From Candidatus Heimdallarchaeota archaeon (GTDB taxonomy: Archaea > Asgardarchaeota > Heimdallarchaeia > Hodarchaeales > Hodarchaeaceae): a DNA stretch of 64,000 nucleotides. A program made the translations under genes and the position numbers. Positions 1 to 8,189 of this stretch are shown here, in pieces. The stretch is taken from contig JBHLSH010000006.1 in NCBI GenBank assembly GCA_048881705.1, positions 1-64,000 of the forward strand, written 5' to 3'. Positions within the stretch are counted from its first letter, which is position 1, and every line of letters starts with the position of its first letter. The notes under the pieces were generated by a model. That model saw nothing but the letters and a program-made list of their open reading frames with translations. It was not told the origin of the DNA and made no database searches.

Positions 1-500
1 GGACATTCCTAACTTCTTTCCTCAGGACAATGAAGAAAGGCCATCTAATTAAACTCTAAGGAAGAAGTTAGGGGTTTTTCTCTTCCTGGTTAGACTTTTT
101 ATGTAACGCACGAAAATAGAGAACTATTTTTTGAAAAAGGATTAAACCACGTCCTTGATGTTAAATTTGAATTAATAAATGACTGAATTCATCCGTTTGG
201 CGCTTTTAGAGTATTGGAGACATCAAGTAGATGAAGATGAAAAAACCAACTTATTCAGACCTCAAGCCTTTACCAATCCAAACAAACATCAGAATGAGCT
301 TTAATTCCGTTTAATTACACAATATTACATTTTCATCAACACCTAGAAATCGCCAAATTGGGCGTGAATCAGATTAAAAATTCTTAAGATAAGCTTTTTC
401 CAAATATCACATTATTACAAGGAAACTGAAAGAGTTTATTAACTGAAATAGGACTTTTAGGAGGTGAATTTGTACCATAGAAGATTTCAAAAAATGGCAA

Positions 501-574
501 GCTTTATAAGTGGGTGTTTTCTGTTGATTATTTGTTGATGAATTGTTGATGAAAGAGAAAAGGTGTGAAAAAAC
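501..574 (+). promoter_or_regulatory. Promoter cassette: TATA-like box, three TGTTGAT direct repeats at 11-bp period, RBS
   Basis: TTTATAA at 503-509; TGTTGAT at 522, 533, 544; AGGTG at 561-565 before ATG 575. Confidence 0.7.
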
Positions 575-1231
575 ATGAACAAATCAAAACTCAAAATGAA
601 AGTTGGAATATCGTTGGCCTGCATACTATTTGCCTCCGTAACTGTGTTAGTATTTCAAAATCACTCTAACTACATCAATAATTTACGCCATTCAGCATCA
701 GCTGAGAAGGGTTATTACATGAAAGTTGTTTTTTCAGTCGTTCCGGGATATGATCAAGACGAGATTCACCTTGATATGGGCAGCTATCAGTCTGATGATA
801 AGAATGACACTCAAGTTGCCTATACTCTTACATTTGAGGTTTTCACGGACAATTCATCTCGTACCACTTTAAGATCCGAAGCTGATTATGCAGCCCAGGA
901 ACTGATGAATCTTGAAATCAAGGAATATAAACATTCGGTTGCATTTGTAACATATGGCAAAGATAGCTCGGGATTGACAGTAGAAAGAGGCATTGAAATA
1001 GGTTTTGTCACCGACCATAACTCAACTTTCGTCCATTCCTTCCTGAGCAAGTATAACGAAACCGGCGTTTACCTATTCAGTTCGCAAGGGGTCATCTACA
1101 ACCACGATCTGGGGACAGCGAGATGGGAAAAGTCGGCCAACAGCGTTCTAATAGATTGCACATGGGATGTTTCGTTGGTAGAGGTGTTTTACGATCATTC
1201 TCTACTCAGCCAGTATTTAACGAGGTTTTAA
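575..1231 (+). CDS. Hypothetical protein with N-terminal membrane anchor/signal peptide
   Basis: 218-aa ORF; basic N-terminus then hydrophobic stretch (VGISLACILFASVTVLVF); RBS present; no family recognised. Confidence 0.75.
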   Translation: MNKSKLKMKVGISLACILFASVTVLVFQNHSNYINNLRHSASAEKGYYMKVVFSVVPGYDQDEIHLDMGSYQSDDKNDTQVAYTLTFEVFTDNSSRTTLRSEADYAAQELMNLEIKEYKHSVAFVTYGKDSSGLTVERGIEIGFVTDHNSTFVHSFLSKYNETGVYLFSSQGVIYNHDLGTARWEKSANSVLIDCTWDVSLVEVFYDHSLLSQYLTRF

Positions 1232-1300
1232 GGTGTCCTCAGCTTTCCTTTATACTTTTGGCCAAGTATTAGCGTTTGTATTCGATTACCATAAAGCACT

Positions 1301-1367
1301 GCTTTGCAAGAAATAAAATATTGTTGATGAGATGTTGATGTAATGTTGATGAGGTGTGGATAAAAAA
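1301..1367 (+). promoter_or_regulatory. Second copy of the TGTTGAT x3 cassette
   Basis: GCTTTGCAAG at 1301 (compare GCTTTATAAG at 501); TGTTGAT at 1322, 1333, 1344; GAGGTG at 1351-1356. Confidence 0.7.
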
Positions 1368-1823
1368 ATGATGAAAGAGAAAAGCCTTACCATTTTGAGT
1401 AGAATTGAGGAATCTATGACCGTTTCAGAAGACCCGCTCTTTTTTTCAATTATAGACAATGGCGGGGGATGTCTGTTCTCCAAGTCATTCAATGATGATA
1501 AGGAACTAAATGATCAGCATTTGAGTTTCTTTCTCTCTGCTATGACGAAGTTTTGTAATTCGTTGTTTCACAACCAATTTGATCGAGTGAAGATCGGAAA
1601 TTATCATTTGACCCTTTTCGAGACTCCCCACTTCTTCTATTGTTATGTTTACCGAGGAAGATCCTATGAAGGGCAACGGAGGTTGAACCGGTTTGCGAAG
1701 CTATTAAGGAAGTTCCGCACTATCTGGAATGACTTGAATGCCTTCCACCAAACTGGACGTATTCTGTCTCCTTCTGCAACAGCCCAACTGGATATTTTAT
1801 CCTCAGAGATATTTCAGAACTAA
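1356..1823 (+). CDS. Longin-like domain protein (Asgard eukaryotic-signature type)
   Basis: beta-beta-alpha-beta-beta-beta-alpha pattern: FFSIIDNGGGCLFSKSF...LSFFLSAMTKF...VKIGNYHLTLFETPHFFYCYVY...RLNRFAKLL. True start may be ATG 1368 or 1371, downstream of the GAGGTG RBS. Confidence 0.65.
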   Translation: MDKKMMKEKSLTILSRIEESMTVSEDPLFFSIIDNGGGCLFSKSFNDDKELNDQHLSFFLSAMTKFCNSLFHNQFDRVKIGNYHLTLFETPHFFYCYVYRGRSYEGQRRLNRFAKLLRKFRTIWNDLNAFHQTGRILSPSATAQLDILSSEIFQN

Positions 1824-2099
1824 CCACGAAATAGGAGGAATAAGAACCGTGACATACCTAAATAGGTGGAGACAAAAAACAAAAATTGAAGGAAAAGAAC
1901 TAACTATTAGAGAAAAAAAACTCAGCAAAGATCTAGGTCCGCATTTTAAGAAAAAATTCCAAAGGAAATCGTATCTGGATAAGGTTCAGATATTGAACCC
2001 AATCAATATGATTCGTTAGTACGATTTCCCCCTTTTTTTATCCAATTCGGAGGTAGGAGGCCCATAACGAAGAATGACCACTGTCCAGGGCAGAGGATT

Positions 2100-3611
2100 T
2101 TATTTCAGCAAGGACACAAAAAAGCATGAACCTCCAAGGTTAGAATTCCTAATGTTGATCTCTCCTCCATATGCCTCTACAATTGTCTTTACCAAAAATA
2201 ACCCTAGACCTGTACCCTTAGAGGAGGGACCCTTAAACCCTTTCTCGAATATCCGTTCTTTTAGTACATCAGGAATTCCCTTTCCATTATCTTCTACTAA
2301 TATTTCAACATGAGTTTTCTTTTCTAGAACGGTAATTCTTAATTCTGTAGCCTCAGAGTGTAAAAAGACGTTTTCAATTAGATTGGAAAATACTTCAGTC
2401 AGGAGGACACCTCCAATTACGGAAGCAATCTCATTTTCTCTCCTGAGGTCTATTCTAATACCTAATTCAGTAGCTCTCGGGGAATGAATCTTTAATAGCT
2501 TCTGCAAGATTTCCACTAAATCTATTTCTTCAGTTCTTTCCAACATTCCTGATTCGATAAGCCTCAAGTTACTAATTTTGTTTAATAGCTCAACCCCATT
2601 TTCACATCCCCTGACTGCGGTGTTGATATAATCATTCTGCTTCTCAGAAAGTCCGCTTTGTTTCAGAAGCGAAAGATAACCCTGTATTACGTGTATCTTA
2701 TTACTTAGGTCATGTTTCAAGAGAGAGTGGAGAAATTCCAACGCCTCTTCAGTTTTTTTTCGTTGAGTAATGTCTATCATGGATACAAAATCTGCTGATT
2801 TTCCGCTATAGTCTATCGTTTTTGAAATAAGATCTACCCAGCGAATTTTCCCGTCCTTAGTCATAACTCTGTGTGAATAGGAGGGAATTACTCCCGTAAT
2901 CACGCCTGTTTGCTTTCTCATAAGTTGGTCTGATACAAAATTTCTGTCTTCTGGATGAACATGGTTCAACAAGGTGTCCGTAGTCCATCCCTCAACCTCC
3001 TCCCTTTTGTACCCACCGATGCTGGCCCAAGCTTCATTCGCGAATACTACCCTATCATTTTGAATGATACCGTAACCAATGCTTGAGGATTCTAGAAGGG
3101 ATCTGAAATCTTCCTCGCTTTTCTTCAGGGCGTCCTCAGCTTCTTTACGTTCAGTGGCGTCGACGTAAATCACCGCCACGTATCCTCTTTCAGGACTATA
3201 CGAGGTGATTGTAAACCAACGCTGGAGGATTGGGATGTAACCTGGAAAACGTAGGACCTCCCCCGTTGAAGCAACACGACCATAATTACCAATCCAGTCA
3301 ATCGGGTCGCTTTTTATCTTGGGAACAACGCTTGTGGCGCGCTTCCCTAGAATCTCTTCTCGTTTAAGGCCCGTTAATCTCTCGAATTCCTTATTAACTT
3401 CGATAAAGATGTAATCAGTAGCGATGAAGTTGTTGTCGAAGACTACTTCATGATATGCAAATCCGATTGGTATAGCTCTTATCAATACACCAGTTAGTTC
3501 CCCTGATGCATCTAATCCAGGTTTGGGAAGACCTTCAGCAATATAATGAGCAATAACCTGTTTTACATCATAGGGGACATCATTTCTTGCGAGAATACTC
3601 CTTAAATCCAT
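2100..3611 (-). CDS. PAS-PAS sensor histidine kinase (HisKA + HATPase_c)
   Basis: Two PAS domains (EVNKEFERLTG; ANEAWASIGGY...HVHPED); H-box HDLSNK; N-box NLIEN; G1 DNGKG; G2 GTGLGL; no TM segment. Confidence 0.92.
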   Translation of the reverse strand: MDLRSILARNDVPYDVKQVIAHYIAEGLPKPGLDASGELTGVLIRAIPIGFAYHEVVFDNNFIATDYIFIEVNKEFERLTGLKREEILGKRATSVVPKIKSDPIDWIGNYGRVASTGEVLRFPGYIPILQRWFTITSYSPERGYVAVIYVDATERKEAEDALKKSEEDFRSLLESSSIGYGIIQNDRVVFANEAWASIGGYKREEVEGWTTDTLLNHVHPEDRNFVSDQLMRKQTGVITGVIPSYSHRVMTKDGKIRWVDLISKTIDYSGKSADFVSMIDITQRKKTEEALEFLHSLLKHDLSNKIHVIQGYLSLLKQSGLSEKQNDYINTAVRGCENGVELLNKISNLRLIESGMLERTEEIDLVEILQKLLKIHSPRATELGIRIDLRRENEIASVIGGVLLTEVFSNLIENVFLHSEATELRITVLEKKTHVEILVEDNGKGIPDVLKERIFEKGFKGPSSKGTGLGLFLVKTIVEAYGGEINIRNSNLGGSCFFVSLLK

Positions 3612-3665
3612 GGAATCACCTGACTAGATCCACCCACCGCTGAAAATTCAACTCCCAAATCAGTC

Positions 3666-4058
3666 CTAATCAGGAATATCAATCCTTTCTTCATCTTCAG
3701 ATGTATCAAAATAGAATACACGCCCATTAGGATCTGTGAAGATCGCATCACCAGTCCCTTTTTCCAGTATTCTTTCCTTCCTGAGCTTAATACCTGTTCT
3801 TTTTAAGAATTCAACAATCTTCTCGATGTTTCCACCACGATAATTAAATAATACCGGAACCCCAAATTCCTTTTCAATAAATCGGTCAGCAAAGAGCGCA
3901 ATATAGATTATGCCGTCCGTGAGCGTACACCATCCCTTGTCTGGGCCGCCGGTATATATTTCAAATCCCAATTCCTCGTAAAACTCTATACTTCCCTGAA
4001 GACTTTCAACAGAGAAACAAATCTCGAAATGATGGCCTAACCTTGGAATGTCAGTCAT
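3666..4058 (-). CDS. VOC/glyoxalase family protein
   Basis: FSVESLQGSIEFYEELGF and FTDPNGRVFYF motifs. Start moved to ATG 4058 (MTDIPR), 11 nt after the upstream stop. Confidence 0.85.
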   Translation of the reverse strand: MTDIPRLGHHFEICFSVESLQGSIEFYEELGFEIYTGGPDKGWCTLTDGIIYIALFADRFIEKEFGVPVLFNYRGGNIEKIVEFLKRTGIKLRKERILEKGTGDAIFTDPNGRVFYFDTSEDEERIDIPD

Positions 4059-4069
4059 GAATACACGCC

Positions 4070-5020
4070 CTAGATCAATGGCCTTACTGTGTCCCAAAAC
4101 TCAGTCAGGGGATCTCCTTTTGAGCTCTGGTACCTCAAAATGAAGAATCTTACATCTATTTGATTAAATTTCCTTAGTTTGTCAGCAAGAATTTCTGGTG
4201 TTCCCCAAAGGCGATTTTTGACGAATTCTTTCGGAGATAACTTCGTGGCATCCGACCTGGCACCAATAATCTCTTTGGCTTTGTCTAAAGTTTCTTCCTC
4301 AGACTGGAAAATGTAAATTCCACCAAAATAGGATTTTATTCTTTCCGAAGGATCCTGGCCCAACTTCCGAACTTCCTCGTCAAATTGCCGAAATCTCTCG
4401 ATCGATTTCGCAACTTCCCTTCCGGTGTTAAAACCATCAGCAATTCGCGCTGCCATTCTAATGAATCGAGGCTTGGATCCACCTAAGTGGATAGGGAATG
4501 GTTGCATCTGAGGCTTAGGAAAATTCCTGGAATTTTCTAAGGACCAAAACCTTCCTTCGAAGTTAAACCCAGTAATCTCGGAATCAAATAGGTTTCGTAG
4601 AATAAATACCGCTTCTTCCGTCTGTTTTAACCTCTCACCCGGAGATGGAAATGGAAAACCGTAAGCAAGGTATTCATCTTCTTTCCAGCCAGCCCCCAAA
4701 AACAATTCAAACCTCCCGTTACTAAGAATATCCAATGATGATGCCATTTTAGCTAAAAGGGAGGGATTACGGAATGATTGGCAGAGTACGGTATGTCCCG
4801 CATGTAGGCGTTTGGACCACATTAATACTGCCGTAATAAATGTCCATGCCTCAAGATAATTCTCCCTACCGTCTATACTTTTGTCGAAGCCTGTCAGGTG
4901 ATCGTTAGTAAATATTCCCCAATAATCAAACTGATCATCTACTCTTTTTACATATTCACGGAGTTGATCAGTCGACCAGCTTGGTTCTCGTAAGTACAGG
5001 CCCCATCTATTGTTTTTCAT
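4070..5020 (-). CDS. LLM-class flavin/F420-dependent oxidoreductase
   Basis: TNDHL, EAWTF, FRNPSLLAKMASSLDILSNGRFELFLGAGWKEDEY and PIHLGG motifs. Confidence 0.92.
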   Translation of the reverse strand: MKNNRWGLYLREPSWSTDQLREYVKRVDDQFDYWGIFTNDHLTGFDKSIDGRENYLEAWTFITAVLMWSKRLHAGHTVLCQSFRNPSLLAKMASSLDILSNGRFELFLGAGWKEDEYLAYGFPFPSPGERLKQTEEAVFILRNLFDSEITGFNFEGRFWSLENSRNFPKPQMQPFPIHLGGSKPRFIRMAARIADGFNTGREVAKSIERFRQFDEEVRKLGQDPSERIKSYFGGIYIFQSEEETLDKAKEIIGARSDATKLSPKEFVKNRLWGTPEILADKLRKFNQIDVRFFILRYQSSKGDPLTEFWDTVRPLI

Positions 5021-5171
5021 TCTTATTCAAACCCTAGTCCTTAGTCGAATTTTTTTACCTGTCATATAAAACGAAAGCTATCAAGATAACTCAACAAAAC
5101 CTGGTTTGGCCTTCGTGAACTTAGGAGAAGGGAATCCGTTTAAAAAAGGTTTTAACACCGCATTGATCAGT

Positions 5172-5534
5172 ATGAAAGACTTCCGCCCAGCCCCTATTAA
5201 ACCCTTGATCACCTTAAATGAATTTAATAAAGTGGATATTCGTGTAGGGACTATCAACCGTGTTATAGATATTCCTCGATCCACTTATTTAGTAAAGTTG
5301 CTGGTGGATTTAGGCGATCATACCAGATCAATTGTTGCTGGTATAAAACCAGAAAGAAAAGACCCGAAGGAGGTAGAGGGATTACAGGCACTCTTCATTG
5401 TGAATCTTGAACCGAAAACAATCATGGGAGAAACCTCCGAAGGAATGTTGTTCGATATTGGATATTCAGACGAGATTACACCAGTTTTAGCTGTTCCTGA
5501 AAGGCGGGTCCCGAACGGTACTAGGGCAGAATGA
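5172..5534 (+). CDS. tRNA-binding OB-fold protein (CsaA/Trbp111-like)
   Basis: KVDIRVGTI...LVDLGDHTRSIVAGI...VNLEPKTIMGETSEGML. Start likely ATG 5172 rather than 5106. Confidence 0.85.
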   Translation: MKDFRPAPIKPLITLNEFNKVDIRVGTINRVIDIPRSTYLVKLLVDLGDHTRSIVAGIKPERKDPKEVEGLQALFIVNLEPKTIMGETSEGMLFDIGYSDEITPVLAVPERRVPNGTRAE

Positions 5535-5562
5535 TAGGAAACAACCATTAGAGGAAATGTAG

Positions 5563-5892
5563 ATGATAAGTAGAGTTTGGCATGGGTGGACAACCCATGA
5601 GAATGCTGAAGCATATGAGACACTGTTAAGGGAGGAGATTTTCAGGGATATAGAAAATCGTGCCATTAAGGGGTATCTTGGGATCAATCTTTTCAGAAGA
5701 GACATGAACCCGGAAACCGAGTTTATGACTGTGATGTGGTTTGATTCATTCGATGCTGTCCGAGAATTTGCAGGAAAAGATCACGAAAAGGCTGTTGTTC
5801 CTCCAAAAGCAAAAGAACTACTTTCTCGTTATGACAAACGCTCTCAACATTATGAAGTGATCATTGAAAGAAGAGGAGAGCAGATTACTTAG
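5563..5892 (+). CDS. Antibiotic biosynthesis monooxygenase-like dimeric alpha/beta barrel protein
   Basis: MISRVWHGWT...AEAYE...EFMTVMWFDSFDAVREFAG pattern; GAGGA RBS. Confidence 0.8.
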   Translation: MISRVWHGWTTHENAEAYETLLREEIFRDIENRAIKGYLGINLFRRDMNPETEFMTVMWFDSFDAVREFAGKDHEKAVVPPKAKELLSRYDKRSQHYEVIIERRGEQIT

Positions 5893-6229
5893 GATAGTCT
5901 TACTTGCTAAACGCATGCGTTCACATGACCTTAAAAAGACGTTTGCTAGGAATAAACTAACCACATTTGAAATAATAGCGGTGGATCTGAATCTTTTGTA
6001 TTTTAGAAATCAAAAATGATTAAATAAACAAGAGAAAATCCTTAGTTTCCCGTACTTCCTTTAAATTATTTCATCTTGATTTAAAAGAGACCGTACTGTT
6101 CTGTTTTTACTAATATAATAGCGATGACTTTTTATAGAGCGTTTTTTAAAGATTGGGAAACTCTAGAAGAGAAATTTCCTATTTTTTCTCCAGGCCTAGA
6201 GAATAATCTCCGCTCGAGAGATTGAAGAT

Positions 6230-7918
6230 ATGAAGTTAGTTAAGAAAATTCTTTCAGTAAATAAAAAATATTTACTGCCTATTATTGTTATAATTAATTT
6301 TGCTGTAATTCTTTCATTTACTAGAATAATCAGTTCTAGAAGGGAATTTAATAGTGATTTCCGTGTATCTGAGGGTACTAATCTAGTTACTAATAGTGGT
6401 TTTGAAGCGTTTGGTGGAAGTACATTCACTGATTGGAAAATTATCGAAGGATCGTGGGCACCTAATACCACTATTTTTAAGGGAGGAACCCAAAGTTGTC
6501 GTGTAGACCTAACTGAGGATGTACCCGCATCTGGAATCTATCGTGGGATAATTTCACTTGACCCTCAGCTAAATGGGCTGACACCTGGTGGACATTACTT
6601 TTTTTCTGCCTGGGTGTATGAAACTGGTTCATTTGATGTCATGGTGAGCCTTCTATGGCAGCATTCATCGGATAACCTAACACAAGATCAAGCGAATTTA
6701 TTCACCAGCGGAGGCACAGGATGGCACTATCTGACCTGGAATGGCACCATTCCTTTGACCACAGATCAAGCAGATATTGTTTTTGAATTGGTATCGGATT
6801 TAGCTCCTGGTACCTTTTGCGTGGATGATGTATATTTAGGTCGGTCATTGGTAACGAATGGCGGCTTTGAAGCGTTTGATGGAAGTGAATTTACTGATTG
6901 GAAAATCATCGAAGGAATGTGGGCACCTGATACCACCATTTTTAAGGAAGGAACCCAAAGTTGTCGTGTAGACCTGACTGAGGATTGGCCCGGATCAGGG
7001 ATCTATCGTGGGACACTTTCGTATAACCCCAAACTAAATGGGTTGATATTTGGTGGACACTACTTTTTTTCTGCCTGGGTGTATGAAACTGGTTCATTTG
7101 ATGTCAGAGTGGACCTTCAATGGCGGCGTTCCTTGGATAACTCGTATCAAAACCAAACGAATTTATTCGCCAGCGGAACCACAGGATGGCACTATCTGAC
7201 CTGGAATGGCACCATTCCTTTGACCGCAGATCAAGCCGAAATTGCTTTTGTTGTATCGGAACCAGCTTTAGCTCCTGGTACCTTTTACGTGGATGATGTA
7301 ATTTTTCAGGAACCGAATCTTGTGACTAATCACGGTTTTGAAGAGTTTAGTGGGGGTGAATTCACTGATTGGGAAATCAACGAGGGAACATGGGCACCTG
7401 ATACCACCATTTTTAAGGAAGGAACCCAAAGTTGTCGTGTAGACCTGACTGAGTATCCATTCACATCAGGGATCTATCGTGGGATAATCTCGCATAGCCC
7501 TCAGCTAAATGGGCTGACACCTGGTGGACATTACTTTTTTTCTGCCTGGGTGTATGAAACTGGTCCATTTGATGTCAGAGTGGAACTTCAATGGCGGCGT
7601 TCCTCGGATAACTTGGAACAAAACCAAACGAATTTATTCACCAGCGGAACCACAGGATGGCACTATCTGACCTGGAATGGCACCATTTCTTCTACCACAG
7701 ATCGGGCCGATATTGTTTTTGTATCAGAACTAGAATCAGCTCCTGGTACCTTTTACGTGGATGATGTTCGATTGTTTGATGATAATACCGTCTCAAACCT
7801 GCCCTCAAATGATGGTGGCTTCAATAATCAGATAACGAGTAGCTGGAATGAAATAATTACAATTATGTCACTCATTGGATTTACATTTGGAATTAAGAAT
7901 ACACGAAGAAAAGAATAA
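6230..7918 (+). CDS. Surface protein with three tandem carbohydrate-binding-module-like (CBM4/9, galactose-binding fold) repeats and C-terminal anchor
   Basis: N-terminal hydrophobic segment; three ~155-aa repeats starting NLVTNSGFE / SLVTNGGFE / NLVTNHGFE and ending [FY][CY]VDDV; C-terminal TM plus basic tail. Confidence 0.8.
   Translation: MKLVKKILSVNKKYLLPIIVIINFAVILSFTRIISSRREFNSDFRVSEGTNLVTNSGFEAFGGSTFTDWKIIEGSWAPNTTIFKGGTQSCRVDLTEDVPASGIYRGIISLDPQLNGLTPGGHYFFSAWVYETGSFDVMVSLLWQHSSDNLTQDQANLFTSGGTGWHYLTWNGTIPLTTDQADIVFELVSDLAPGTFCVDDVYLGRSLVTNGGFEAFDGSEFTDWKIIEGMWAPDTTIFKEGTQSCRVDLTEDWPGSGIYRGTLSYNPKLNGLIFGGHYFFSAWVYETGSFDVRVDLQWRRSLDNSYQNQTNLFASGTTGWHYLTWNGTIPLTADQAEIAFVVSEPALAPGTFYVDDVIFQEPNLVTNHGFEEFSGGEFTDWEINEGTWAPDTTIFKEGTQSCRVDLTEYPFTSGIYRGIISHSPQLNGLTPGGHYFFSAWVYETGPFDVRVELQWRRSSDNLEQNQTNLFTSGTTGWHYLTWNGTISSTTDRADIVFVSELESAPGTFYVDDVRLFDDNTVSNLPSNDGGFNNQITSSWNEIITIMSLIGFTFGIKNTRRKE
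6380..7770 (+). repeat. Three intragenic direct repeats (~465-471 bp period) with long identical DNA blocks
   Basis: 6920-6982 is identical to 7391-7453 (63 bp); 6562-6628 is identical to 7498-7564 (67 bp). Confidence 0.9.
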
Positions 7919-8189
7919 TAATTGGTTGACCGTTGTTCGAAGTGCCTCCTATTTGTGGTTTGGAGGACCCACTTTATTCAAGTTCGTTTTGGTGTATGTT
8001 TCCTAGAGAAGCTAGATTAACAATCCAAACCTAAGTTAATATTGATCTCACCGATAAATATGTCCATTTGATCTCCTAATTGATGTCCCATATGATCGAT
8101 CATCTCTTATTACCAACCAACTAATATCAAAAAATCTCATTCCACAGTGTGTCGCTGTAATGTCACCTTTAATAGCAACATATATCTCA

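Noticed and set aside
2-52. Possible 3' end of an upstream gene (DIPNFFPQDNEERPSN-stop)
   Set aside because: Only 16 codons visible; cannot be distinguished from chance.
1738-2313. ORFs 1738-2019 and 2074-2313
   Set aside because: They overlap or lie antisense to well-supported genes and have no motifs; treated as shadow ORFs, like the many 60-140 aa antisense ORFs in the track.
6380-7770. Diversity-generating retroelement explanation for the CBM repeat variation
   Set aside because: Differences are not confined to adenines, all copies are in-frame coding, and no reverse transcriptase is in the window.
8017-8103. Degenerate 12-bp periodic TGAT(C/G)TC repeats encoding a 28-aa minus-strand ORF (MIDHMGHQLGDQMD...)
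   Set aside because: Repeats are imperfect, there is no convincing RBS or promoter, and it is too short to support.
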